A DNA stretch of 64,000 nt from Holophagales bacterium. GTDB taxonomy: Bacteria > Acidobacteriota > Thermoanaerobaculia > UBA5066. Within the stretch, counting starts at the first letter, position 1. The number at the start of each line of letters is the position of its first letter. A program made the translations under genes and the position numbers. Below the pieces are notes generated by a model that was given only the letters and a program-made list of their open reading frames with translations, was not told the DNA's origin and ran no database searches. Below are positions 17,669-26,680 of the stretch, piece after piece. The stretch lies in NCBI GenBank assembly GCA_016719485.1, contig JADJZB010000002.1, positions 262,346 through 326,345 on the forward strand, written 5' to 3'.

Positions 17669-18493
17669 GTGCTGCTGAGGGGCGGCGTGGCCGAAGGCAT
17701 CCGAATCCCGATCCCGCCCGGCGCGGACCTCGTCCAGCCCTACCCGGTGCACGTGCCGCAGTTCGACGGTCCGCTCGACCTGCTGCTCCACCTGATCCGC
17801 AAGCAGGAGATAGACCTCCGCGACATCCCCGTCGCCGAGATATGCCGCCAGTACCACGCCTACCTCGTCCTCATGGTGGAGCTCGACCTCGAGGTGGCGG
17901 GCGAGTTCCTCTACGTCGAGGCGCTCCTCGTCCAGATCAAGAGCCAGCTCGTCCTTCCGCGGACCCCGGCCGCGGACGGAACCGAGGCGCCCGACCCGCG
18001 GGATGAGCTCGTCGCCCGGCTCCTGCAGTACCGGAGGTTCAAGGGGGTCGCCGAGACGCTGCACGTCTACGAGGTGGAGCGGATCGGCATGTACCCGCGC
18101 CCGTCCTTCCGGCCCGAGACGGAGCCGGAAGAGGAGGAGACCGACCTTTCCGAGGTCTCGCTCTTCGACCTCCTGACTCTCTTCAAGGGCGCCGTGGACC
18201 GTTACCGGTCACTCAACCCTCCGGAGATGTCCATCGCGCACCAGCAGTTCTCCATCCGGGAGAAGATGCAGGACATGGCGGGGCGCATCCGTGAGTCGGG
18301 GCGCGTGGCGCTGTCGGAGGTCTTCGGGACCCTCTCGGGACGGGCCGAGGCGATCGCGGTCTTCCTGGCCGTCCTCGAGCTCCTCCGGCTCCTTCTGGTG
18401 CGCGCCCTCCAGACCGAGGAATTCGGGGAGATCTACCTCGAGCCGACGGGAGAGAATCTGACTCTCGAAGGCTACGAAGAGGAATACCGCTGA
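17669..18493 (+). CDS. scpA: Segregation and condensation protein A.
   Basis: FDGPLDLLLHLIRKQEIDLRDIPVAEI is the canonical ScpA N-terminal motif. The true start could instead be the in-frame GTG at about 17747. Confidence 0.8.
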   Translation: MLLRGGVAEGIRIPIPPGADLVQPYPVHVPQFDGPLDLLLHLIRKQEIDLRDIPVAEICRQYHAYLVLMVELDLEVAGEFLYVEALLVQIKSQLVLPRTPAADGTEAPDPRDELVARLLQYRRFKGVAETLHVYEVERIGMYPRPSFRPETEPEEEETDLSEVSLFDLLTLFKGAVDRYRSLNPPEMSIAHQQFSIREKMQDMAGRIRESGRVALSEVFGTLSGRAEAIAVFLAVLELLRLLLVRALQTEEFGEIYLEPTGENLTLEGYEEEYR

Positions 18494-18497
18494 AACG

Positions 18498-19358
18498 ATG
18501 ACCGAAGACAGAGACGACACCCGTACGGAGGCCGCGGCGGAAGGGATCGAAGAGACGGTGCTGGAAACGGTCCCGGAAGAAACAGCGCAACCCCCGGAAG
18601 ATCCTCTCGCGGAGGCCCTTCCGCTCGTGGAGGCGCTCCTTTTCGCCGCCTCCAAGCCGGTCTCCCTCGACAAGCTGGCCGAGGCGGCGGAGCTTCCGGA
18701 GGAGGTCGTTTCGGCGGCGGTCGCCGCCCTGGAGGACGCCTGCGCCGCTGCGGGCCGCGGCGTGCGTCTCGACCGGGTCGCCGGAGGCGTGAGGCTCGTG
18801 ACACGTCCCGAGTACGATTACCCCGTCCGCCGGCTTCTGGGCCTCGATGGAAGGACGAAGCTCTCGATGGCCGCGCTGGAGACTCTCGCGATCGTCGCCT
18901 ACCGTCAGCCCGTCACCGGCCCCGAGATCGCCGAGCTCCGGAGCGTCAACTCGTCGTCGTCCATCCGGACGCTCCTGGACCGGAAGCTGATCACGACGGC
19001 CGGGCGGAAGGAGGTCGTCGGGACCCCCTTCCTCTACAAGACCACGAAGGAGTTCATGGTTCACTTCGGCCTGCAGGGCCTCGGCGACCTGCCGAAACCC
19101 GAAGAGCTCGAGGCGATCTACGGCCTCGATGCGCCGAAGACGGATCCGGCTCAGACGGAGCTCTTCCGCGTGGACGAGGCGACGGGCGAGGTCGAAGACG
19201 CGGGCGACCTCGAATCTCCGGAGGCCGACATCGCCGGAGGATCCGATGCGCCACCCCGGACGGCCGCCCCGGACGACGGTGAAGAGACGATAGAGAACAC
19301 CAACGAGAACGACGCCGCGACCTCCGCGGCTCCGGAGGAGGAACGCCATGACGGCTGA
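18498..19358 (+). CDS. scpB: Segregation and condensation protein B.
   Basis: Winged-helix pair (LEALLFAASKPVSLDKL..., YRQPVTGPEIAELRSVNSSSSIRTLLDRKLI). Acidic C-terminal tail. Adjacent to scpA. Confidence 0.85.
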   Translation: MTEDRDDTRTEAAAEGIEETVLETVPEETAQPPEDPLAEALPLVEALLFAASKPVSLDKLAEAAELPEEVVSAAVAALEDACAAAGRGVRLDRVAGGVRLVTRPEYDYPVRRLLGLDGRTKLSMAALETLAIVAYRQPVTGPEIAELRSVNSSSSIRTLLDRKLITTAGRKEVVGTPFLYKTTKEFMVHFGLQGLGDLPKPEELEAIYGLDAPKTDPAQTELFRVDEATGEVEDAGDLESPEADIAGGSDAPPRTAAPDDGEETIENTNENDAATSAAPEEERHDG

Positions 19359-20244
19359 ACGCCTGCAGAAGATCCTCGCCGCCGCGGGCGTCGCCTCGCG
19401 CCGGGCGGCCGAGGAGATGATCCTCGAAGGCCGCGTGACGGTGAACGGTCAGGTCGTCACCGAGCTCGGTACCAAGGCCGACCCCGCGGTCGACCACGTC
19501 AAGGTCGACGGCAAACGGCTCCGCGCAGCGGCGGCGCTCCGTTACATCCTCATGAACAAGCCCCGGGGCGTCGTCGTGACGCGCGACGACCCGCAGCGCA
19601 GGCCCACCGTCTACGTGCTCCTGGGAACCCGCGTCTCCGAGCCCGTCGTCCCCGTCGGGCGCCTCGACTTCGACTCCGAAGGCCTCATTCTCCTGACGAA
19701 CGACGGGCCGCTCGCGTACAGGATCGCGCACCCTTCCGGCGGCTGCCGGAAGGAGTACGAGGTCAAGGTGTCCGGCGTCCCGACCCCCGCGAAAATCGCG
19801 AAGCTCGCCCGCGGCATCCTCATCGACGGGGTGAGAACCCATCCGGCGACCGTGGAGCTGATCGACACGACCCCGGAGAAGAACGGCGTCGGCGGGAACG
19901 CCTGGCTCCGGGTCATCCTGGGCGAAGGGCGTTCGCGGCAGGTTCGCAAGATGATGGAGGCCGTCGGGCACAAGGTCTCCAAGCTGCGGCGTGTCGCCAT
20001 CGGCCCCCTTCGCGACAAGAGCCTGCGACCGGGCGGTTTCCGCGACCTCGTTCCTGCCGAAGTGGAGGCGCTGCGCGCGCTCGAGCCCGCGCCGAAACGG
20101 ACTGCGAAGCCGGCGATGAGGCTCACTCACGTGAAGGCGAAGGCGAGTCCGGCCGGAAGGACGAGGCCGGAACCGGCTCCGAGGACCGGGACGACGCCCG
20201 GAAAGGCCACGCCGACCCATCGGCGCCGCGAGACGAAGAGGTGA
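19348..20244 (+). CDS. rluB: 23S rRNA pseudouridine synthase (RsuA/RluB family).
   Basis: S4 domain (RLQKILAAAGVASRRAAEEMILEGRVTVNG) plus the catalytic block (YILMNKPRGVVVT...GRLDFDSEGLILLTNDG). Lys/Arg-rich tail. Confidence 0.85.
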   Translation: MTAERLQKILAAAGVASRRAAEEMILEGRVTVNGQVVTELGTKADPAVDHVKVDGKRLRAAAALRYILMNKPRGVVVTRDDPQRRPTVYVLLGTRVSEPVVPVGRLDFDSEGLILLTNDGPLAYRIAHPSGGCRKEYEVKVSGVPTPAKIAKLARGILIDGVRTHPATVELIDTTPEKNGVGGNAWLRVILGEGRSRQVRKMMEAVGHKVSKLRRVAIGPLRDKSLRPGGFRDLVPAEVEALRALEPAPKRTAKPAMRLTHVKAKASPAGRTRPEPAPRTGTTPGKATPTHRRRETKR

Positions 20245-20248
20245 AGAG

Positions 20249-21389
20249 TTGAAGCCCTCCCCGCGCCCGTCGGTACAGAAGCTCGCCCCGTACGTCCCGG
20301 GACGTCCGATCGAGGACGTGGAGCGTGAGTTCGGGATCGCCGGCGCCGTGAAGCTCGCCTCCAACGAGAACCCGCTGGGACCCTCGCCGAAGGCGGTGGC
20401 CGCGGCCCTCGCGGTCACGCCCTCCGTGCACCTCTACCCGGACGGATCTGCCACGTTCCTCCGCCGCGCGCTCTCGGAGCGCCACAGGCATTCCCGCGGA
20501 GCAGATCGTCATCGGAAGCGGGTCCTGCGAGCTCATCGACATCTGCACCCGCACCTTCGTCGACCCGGGAGAAGAGGTCGTGGTGCCTGCCGGGATCTTC
20601 CGGATGTTCCCGGTCGCGGCCGGGCGCGCCGGAGCGACGTTCGTCGAGGTCCCGACGCAGCCCGGGTACGTTCCCGACGTCGACGCCCTCCTGCGGCGCA
20701 TCGGCCCCGCCACGAAGCTCGTCGCCCTCGCCAACCCCAACAATCCGACCGGCGCGTACGTGGCCAGGCGCGACCTCGATCGCCTCTTCGCCGGGCTGCC
20801 CGGGCACGTCGTCGCCGTGGTCGACGAGGCCTACTTCGAGTTCGCTCGCGAGAGGGCCGACTATCCGGACGCGCTCGACGACGTGCGCGCCGGACACAAC
20901 GTCGTCGTCCTGCGCACCTTCTCGAAGATCTACGGCCTCGCCGGCCTGCGGATCGGCTACGCCTTCGCAGCCCCGGAGATCGCGGCCGCGATGAACAAGG
21001 TCCGGGAACCTTTCAACACGACGACCGTCGCGCAGGCCGCGGCGATCGCCGCTCTCTCCGACGACGAGCATCGCGAGAAGACGATCACGCTCGTTCGCGA
21101 GGAGCGGGCGTTCCTGGCGAGGGAGCTCGGAAAGCGGGGGGCCGCCGTGAGCCCATCCCTCGGAAACTTCCTCCTCGTGGAGCTGCCGATCCCGTTCGGG
21201 CCGCTGGAGCCCGAGTTCGCCCGGAGGGGAGTCATCCTGCGACCGATGGGCGGATGGGGCTTTCCCCTCGCGTTCCGCCTCTCGGTCGGGCTGCACCACG
21301 AGAACCTCCGCTTCCTGTCCGCATTCGACGAGCTGCTCGGAGCCGGCCGGCTCGGCCTCGACGCCGGGGCAGCCACCGCGGCGGGATGA
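20249..21389 (+). CDS. hisC: Histidinol-phosphate aminotransferase. The frame is broken by a 1-nt indel near 20486 in this sequence.
   Basis: The N-terminal part (LAPYVPGRPIEDVEREFGI...LASNENPLGPSP...LYPDGSATFLRRALSERH) is in frame A up to about 20485. The remainder (GIPAEQIVIGSGSCELID...FSKIYGLAGLRIGY...) continues in the +1 frame from 20487. The stop overlaps the cmk ATG. Confidence 0.7.
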
Positions 21390-22081
21390 TCGTCGTCGCG
21401 ATCGACGGCCCGTCGGGGGTGGGCAAGTCCACCGTCGGCAGGGCCCTCGCCGCAAGCCTCGGCGTTCCCTATCTCGATACCGGAGCGATGTACCGGGCCA
21501 TCGGGCTCCTCGCGAGGCGGAACGGGGTCCCGCTGCCCATCGCCGATCCGGATCGGGTGGGGGAGCTCTCGGAGCGCGCCGAGGTCCGGGTGACGGGGAC
21601 CGGCGGGAACGTCCGGACGCTCCTCGATGGCGAGGACGTGTCCGAGGAGATTCGCGAGCCCGAGGTCTCCCTGTACGCCTCGGCGGTCGCAGCCATCCCG
21701 CGCGTCCGTCGGCGGCTCGCGGCCCGCCAGCGGGAGCTGGCCCTGTCCGGGGGAGGGGTCCTCGAGGGGCGCGACATCGGGACGAAGGTCGTTCCCGAGG
21801 CGACCGCGAAGTTCTTCCTGACGGCGCGGCCGGAGATCCGGGCCCGCCGGAGGTTCGAGGAGCTCGTCCGGAAGGGAAGACCCCAGGACCTCGCGTCCGT
21901 GCGGACGGAGATGGAGGCCCGGGACGAGGCGGATTCGACCCGCGCCGACTCGCCCCTGGCCTGCGACGAGACGTACGTCGTCGTCGACACGTCCGACCTG
22001 GAAGCGGAAGAGGTCGCGGAGCGGCTGCGGGAGTGGATTGCCGCCCGTCAGGCTGTTGACCTCCCGAGGCCGGGCGTCTAA
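21386..22081 (+). CDS. cmk: Cytidylate kinase.
   Basis: MIVVAIDGPSGVGKSTVGRALAASLGVPYLDTGAMYRA is the P-loop plus canonical Cmk N-terminus. ATGA overlap with hisC. Confidence 0.9.
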   Translation: MIVVAIDGPSGVGKSTVGRALAASLGVPYLDTGAMYRAIGLLARRNGVPLPIADPDRVGELSERAEVRVTGTGGNVRTLLDGEDVSEEIREPEVSLYASAVAAIPRVRRRLAARQRELALSGGGVLEGRDIGTKVVPEATAKFFLTARPEIRARRRFEELVRKGRPQDLASVRTEMEARDEADSTRADSPLACDETYVVVDTSDLEAEEVAERLREWIAARQAVDLPRPGV

Positions 22082-22151
22082 CATTCCCGGTTCGGGCCGC
22101 TAACTCAAGTACGTTGAGTCTTCTCCGCGAGCCCCTTAGAAGGTGGAATTC

Positions 22152-24014
22152 ATGCCGTCGGAGGACCAGAAGATCACGCCCATTCGGAAGGCGGACGAGG
22201 CTGCCGAAGCGAACGGGGAGTTCGCGAGGCTGCTCGCGGAGAGCGAGCGCTCCCTCGCTGAGGGAGAGCTGATCCGCGGGCGTGTCATCCAGGTCACGAA
22301 CGACGAGATCCTCGTCGACATCGGCTACAAGTCGGAAGGGATGATCCCGCGTTCGGAGTTCGCTCATGCTCCGGACCGGCTTCCGGTGGCCGGCCAGGAG
22401 ATCGACGCCATCGTCGATCGTCGCGAGGATTCCTCGGGGTACGTCATCCTCTCCCACGAGAAGGCCCGGCGCATTCGCGCCTGGGACGCCATCGAGGTCG
22501 CGTTCAAGGAGAACCAGCCCGCCAAGGGCAAGGTCCTCGAGCGCGTCAAGGGCGGCCTTTCCGTCGACATCGGGGTCCGGGCGTTCCTCCCCGGGTCGCT
22601 GGCCGACATCCGGCCGCTGAAGAACCTCGACGTCCTCCGGGGCCGCGAGCTCGAGTTCCGGATCGTCAGCTTCGACAAGAAGCGCGGCAACATCGTCCTC
22701 TCGCGCAAGGCGCTGATGGAAGAGGTCGCCGAGGCCAAGAAGAACGATGCCGCGCAGGCGCTCGCCGACGGCCGCACGCTCCAGGGCACCGTGAAGAACC
22801 TCACCGAGTACGGCGCCTTCGTCGACCTCGGCGGGATCGACGGCCTCCTCCACGTGACCGACATCTCCTGGGGCCGCCTCGGCCATCCGTCCGAAGCGCT
22901 GCACGTCGGCCAGGACGTCGAGGTCAAGGTCCTCAAGTTCGACTCCGACTCGGGCCGCATCTCGCTGGGCATGAAGCAGCTCAAGCCGGACCCGTGGCAG
23001 GATCTGCCCGCGCACTACCCGGTCGGTGCCAGGGTCCGCGGCAAGGTCGTCTCTCTCACCGACTACGGCGCCTTCGTCGAGCTCGAGGAGGGCGTCGAGG
23101 GCCTGATCCACGTCAGCGAGATGTCGTGGACGAAGAAGGTCAAGAACCCGGCGAAGCTGCTCTCCGTGGGCGACACGGTCGAGGCGGTGATCGCCGACGT
23201 GAACCCCGAGACGCGCCGCCTCTCGCTGTCTCTCCGCGCGACCGAGCCGAACCCGTGGGAGATGCTCGCCGAGAAGTTCCACATCGGCGACCGGATCCAG
23301 GGCGTCGTCCGCAACCTCACCGATTTCGGCGCTTTCGTCGAGATCGAGGAAGGGATCGACGGCCTGGTCCACATCTCCGACATGTCCTGGGGCCGTCGCG
23401 TCAAGCACCCGTCCGAGGTCGTCAAGAAGGGCGATCAGATCCAGGCCGTCCTCACGGCCATCGACGTCGAGAACCGGCGGATCAGCCTTTCGATCAAGGA
23501 ATTCCGCCCGAACGAGTGGGAAGAGTTTTCCCGGGAGCACAAGCCCGGCGACGTCGTCGACGGCCAGGTCGCCAAGGTGGCGGACTTCGGAGTCTTCGTA
23601 CGCCTGCCCCTCGGTCTCGAGGGCTTGATGCACGTCTCGGAAACCGACGTCCTGCGCGGCCAGAAGCTCTCGGACGAGTTCAGCGAGGGAGATCCCATCC
23701 GCGTGAGGATCCTTCGGATCGAGGTCGACGAGCAGCGGATCGGCCTCTCGATGCGCGACGTTCCACAGCCTGACCCGTCAGAGGCTCGACCGGAGCCCGT
23801 CGCCGAGGTGACGGACGCTGGCGAACAGGAAGGCGGCGCCGAGCCGGACGTCGCAGCGGCACCCGAGGCCGTGACCGACGACGACGCGTCGACGCAGCCT
23901 GCGGACGAGCCTTCGCCGGCCGTTGAAGCCGAGGCCCGGGTCGAGGATGTGGCGGAGCCGATGACGGAGCCCGAGGCCGAGAATTCTGTCGAGGCCGTGA
24001 AGTCGGGCGACTGA
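22152..24014 (+). CDS. rpsA: 30S ribosomal protein S1, with an acidic C-terminal tail.
   Basis: Six S1 domains with a repeated ...GxVxxxxxFGAFVxL... pattern. AAGGTGG RBS 7 nt upstream of the ATG at 22152. Confidence 0.9.
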   Translation: MPSEDQKITPIRKADEAAEANGEFARLLAESERSLAEGELIRGRVIQVTNDEILVDIGYKSEGMIPRSEFAHAPDRLPVAGQEIDAIVDRREDSSGYVILSHEKARRIRAWDAIEVAFKENQPAKGKVLERVKGGLSVDIGVRAFLPGSLADIRPLKNLDVLRGRELEFRIVSFDKKRGNIVLSRKALMEEVAEAKKNDAAQALADGRTLQGTVKNLTEYGAFVDLGGIDGLLHVTDISWGRLGHPSEALHVGQDVEVKVLKFDSDSGRISLGMKQLKPDPWQDLPAHYPVGARVRGKVVSLTDYGAFVELEEGVEGLIHVSEMSWTKKVKNPAKLLSVGDTVEAVIADVNPETRRLSLSLRATEPNPWEMLAEKFHIGDRIQGVVRNLTDFGAFVEIEEGIDGLVHISDMSWGRRVKHPSEVVKKGDQIQAVLTAIDVENRRISLSIKEFRPNEWEEFSREHKPGDVVDGQVAKVADFGVFVRLPLGLEGLMHVSETDVLRGQKLSDEFSEGDPIRVRILRIEVDEQRIGLSMRDVPQPDPSEARPEPVAEVTDAGEQEGGAEPDVAAAPEAVTDDDASTQPADEPSPAVEAEARVEDVAEPMTEPEAENSVEAVKSGD

Positions 24015-24026
24015 CGTTCGCGACGC

Positions 24027-24052
24027 CTGCGAGGAGGCGTCGCGGGGAGCGC
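24027..24052 (+). terminator. Putative transcription-terminator hairpin downstream of rpsA (GC-rich stem, no U-tract).
   Basis: CGCGACGCC-tgcgagga-GGCGTCGCG is a 9-bp perfect stem located 13 nt after the rpsA stop. Confidence 0.25.
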
Positions 24053-24085
24053 TGCCCGAATGCGGCGCTTCCCCCGGGGGAGGAG

Positions 24086-24460
24086 ATGGAACGCGACACC
24101 CAGGGCGTCAGCCGGGCTGAGGGGACGACCACGAAGGCCGACCTCGTGGAGAACGTCGCCCGCGCCGCCGAGCTGACGAAGAAGCAGGCGGAAGCGGTCG
24201 TCGAATCGGTCTTCCAGGGGATCATCGCCTCGCTGCGCGCCGGTCAGAAAATCGAGCTTCGCGGTTTCGGGAGCTTCAAGCTCCGGCAGCGCGGCGCCCG
24301 CGTCGCGCGCAATCCGAAGAAGAGCGGCGTGAAGGTCCACGTGCCGCCGAAGCTCGTCCCCTACTTCAAGCCGGGGAAGAAGCTCAAGGAGCTCATCAAC
24401 GAGGAGGCGCCGGTGCCCGAGGTGGCCTCGAGGGCGTCCTCGGCGCTCCCGGAGGAATGA
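24086..24460 (+). CDS. Integration host factor / HU-family DNA-binding protein.
   Basis: TKADLVENVA...AVVESVFQGIIASLRAGQKIELRGFGSFKLRQRGARVARNPKKSGVKVHVPPKLVPYFKPGKKLK is the IHF/HU fold signature (GFGxF, R-NP-TG). The N-terminal 13 aa may be an over-extension. Confidence 0.8.
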   Translation: MERDTQGVSRAEGTTTKADLVENVARAAELTKKQAEAVVESVFQGIIASLRAGQKIELRGFGSFKLRQRGARVARNPKKSGVKVHVPPKLVPYFKPGKKLKELINEEAPVPEVASRASSALPEE

Positions 24461-24960
24461 GCGACGTCCTCTTCACGCCCTGGCGGATGACGTACCTGAC
24501 GAACGCCGTGCCCTCCGGACCCTCGACGTGCCTCTTCTGTGACCTGCAGGGCCTCGGCGACGCCGAGGCCCTGATCGTCCTGAGGGGCCGGCACGTCTTC
24601 GCGCTCCTGAACCGCTACCCCTACTCGAACGGGCACGTCATGGTCGCGCCGTACGCGCACCGGGGCACGCTCCCGGAGCTCACGCCGGACGAGAGAGTGG
24701 AGATCATGGACGTCGCCGCGAGGCTCGAGGAGACCCTGCGGGCCGAGTATTCGCCGCACGGCCTGAACGCGGGCCTCAATCTCGGACGGTGTGCGGGGGC
24801 GGGAGTGCCGGGCCACCTCCACCTCCACCTCGTCCCTCGATGGGACGGCGACACGAACTTCATGACGGTCCTTTCCGGGACGCGCATCGTCCCGGAGGAT
24901 CTCGGCGTGACGTATGGCCGGCTCCGCGCGCGCCTCGGCACGCCGGAGGGGGGCTCCTGA
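24457..24960 (+). CDS. HIT-family (histidine triad) nucleotide hydrolase/transferase.
   Basis: CLFCDL..., NRYPYSNGHVMVAP, and the histidine triad HLHLHLVPR. Confidence 0.85.
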   Translation: MSDVLFTPWRMTYLTNAVPSGPSTCLFCDLQGLGDAEALIVLRGRHVFALLNRYPYSNGHVMVAPYAHRGTLPELTPDERVEIMDVAARLEETLRAEYSPHGLNAGLNLGRCAGAGVPGHLHLHLVPRWDGDTNFMTVLSGTRIVPEDLGVTYGRLRARLGTPEGGS

Positions 24961-24998
24961 CCGGCGCGCGCCGCTCCGCCTCGTCCCGCCTGTTCGCC

Positions 24999-25343
24999 GT
25001 GCTGCTCGCGCTCCTCGTTCCGGGCCTCGGGCACGTCTGGGCCGGGCGCCGTGCGAGGGGCGCCGCGTACTTCCTGCTCGTCGGGGTTGCGTTCCTGGCG
25101 GGTCTGGGTCTCGGCGGCTCGGTGGGCTCGCTTCCCGTCCGGAGCTTCGGCGGCTTTCTCACGACGGTCGCCACGCACGCCGTCGTGGCTCCCGGGCTCC
25201 TGGTCCACTCTGCCGGACTTGCCGCCGGCGATCCAGGATCGCCCTCGTTCGAGGTCGCGATGACGTACCTCATCGTCGCGGGCGTCATGAACGTCCTGCT
25301 CGCGTTCGACGCCTGGGACGTCGCCGGGGATCGAAAACCGTGA
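24999..25343 (+). CDS. Small hypothetical membrane protein (TM2-like PGLGHxWAG motif).
   Basis: 114-aa hydrophobic ORF in a high-GC3 frame directly upstream of lpxB. The GTG start is uncertain. Confidence 0.4.
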   Translation: MLLALLVPGLGHVWAGRRARGAAYFLLVGVAFLAGLGLGGSVGSLPVRSFGGFLTTVATHAVVAPGLLVHSAGLAAGDPGSPSFEVAMTYLIVAGVMNVLLAFDAWDVAGDRKP

Positions 25344-25531
25344 CGACGGCCCCGCTGGCGGACCACGTCCTCCACCTCGTCCTCCTCGCGACGATCGTGT
25401 CCGCCTTCTTCGCGCTGCTCTGGCGCGACGAGGGTCCCGAGCGGCGCCGGTTCTTCGCCCGGATGTGGACGGCGATCGTCGGCGGCTCCTTCGCCCTCGC
25501 GTGGGCGATGTCCTTCGTCGGGGGGCGGTGA
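25340..25531 (+). CDS. Small hypothetical membrane protein (63 aa).
   Basis: GTG start overlaps the previous stop (GTGA). Two predicted TM helices. Sits immediately before lpxB. Confidence 0.35.
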   Translation: MTTAPLADHVLHLVLLATIVSAFFALLWRDEGPERRRFFARMWTAIVGGSFALAWAMSFVGGR

Positions 25532-25534
25532 GCG

Positions 25535-26680
25535 GTGCGGCTCCTCCTCTCGGCAGGCGAGGTCTCCGGGGACCAGCACGGCGCGGCCCTTCTCGCGGCG
25601 CTGAAGGAGCGCGTCCCGGGTCTCGAGGCCTTCGGCATGGCCGGCGACCGGTGCGCGGCGGAGGGCATGCGCCTCCTCGCACACCAGAAGGACCTCGCCA
25701 TCATCGGCGTGGTGGAGGCCCTCTCGAAGATCCGGTTCGCGCGCCGGCTGATCCGCGACCTGACGAACGCCGCGACGCATGAGCCCGTCGACGCCGCCGT
25801 CCTCATCGACTCGCCCGACTTCCACCTGCCGCTCGCACGGCGTCTCGCGAGGGCCGGAATCCCGGTCGTCTTCTACGTTTCGCCGCAGGTCTGGGCGTGG
25901 CGAAGCGGACGGGCGAGGACGCTGGCACGCCTCGGACGTGGCATCCTGACCCTCTTCCGCTTCGAGAAGCGCTGGTACGACGCTCGAGGGCTCGGCGAAT
26001 CCGTGAGGTGGGTCGGTCACCCGCTCGTCGACGAAGCGGCACGGGAGCTCGCGGAGCCCGCGTCCCCGCCACCCGACGGCCGCCGCCGTGTCGTGCTGAT
26101 GCCCGGCTCGCGCGCGGGCGAGATCCGCAAGATCCTCCCTCTCATGCGGGAGGCCGTTTCCCTCCTCGCCGCCCGGCGGAACGACCTCGACGTGGTCCTC
26201 GTGAAGGCCGATTCGGTTTCCGAAGCCCTTCTCGAGGAGACGGGGGGGCCGGCGCTTGCCGGCTGGACGATCGTCTCGGGACCGCACCTGGCGCTCCTCG
26301 CGGCGTCGGACGTTCTGGTGGTGGCCTCCGGCACGGCGACCGTGGAAGGCCTGCTGGCCGGCATCCCGATGGTCGTCGTCTACCGGGTCGCCACGATCAG
26401 CTACCTCCTCGGCAAGCTCCTCGTCAGGGTTCCGAACGTGGCGATGGCGAACATCCTCTCCGACCCCGGAGACGGCTCGCAGACCGTTCCCGAGCTGATT
26501 CAGGGCGCCGCGACTCCGGAGCGAATTGCCGCCGAGGTCGAGCGGTTTCTCTCGGGCCCGGCGCACGCCGCCGAGGCCCGGCGCCGGCTCGCCCTCGGGC
26601 GGGAGGACCTCGGGCCGCCGGGAGCGCCTGCCCGGACGGCGGATGCCGTCCTCTCCCTCGTCGGAACGGGACGCGCGTGA
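25535..26680 (+). CDS. lpxB: Lipid-A-disaccharide synthase.
   Basis: LLLSAGEVSGDQHGAALLAALKE... is the LpxB N-terminus. GT-B fold regions follow (PGSR..EI...LP; ASGTATVE). GTG start. Confidence 0.85.
   Translation: MRLLLSAGEVSGDQHGAALLAALKERVPGLEAFGMAGDRCAAEGMRLLAHQKDLAIIGVVEALSKIRFARRLIRDLTNAATHEPVDAAVLIDSPDFHLPLARRLARAGIPVVFYVSPQVWAWRSGRARTLARLGRGILTLFRFEKRWYDARGLGESVRWVGHPLVDEAARELAEPASPPPDGRRRVVLMPGSRAGEIRKILPLMREAVSLLAARRNDLDVVLVKADSVSEALLEETGGPALAGWTIVSGPHLALLAASDVLVVASGTATVEGLLAGIPMVVVYRVATISYLLGKLLVRVPNVAMANILSDPGDGSQTVPELIQGAATPERIAAEVERFLSGPAHAAEARRRLALGREDLGPPGAPARTADAVLSLVGTGRA

Noticed and set aside
20415-23633. 1072-aa ORF on the minus strand.
   Set aside because: It is antisense to hisC, cmk and rpsA, all of which have unambiguous homology on the + strand. 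Composition is Arg/Pro/Gly-dominated, so it is an artifact of GC-rich sequence lacking stop codons.
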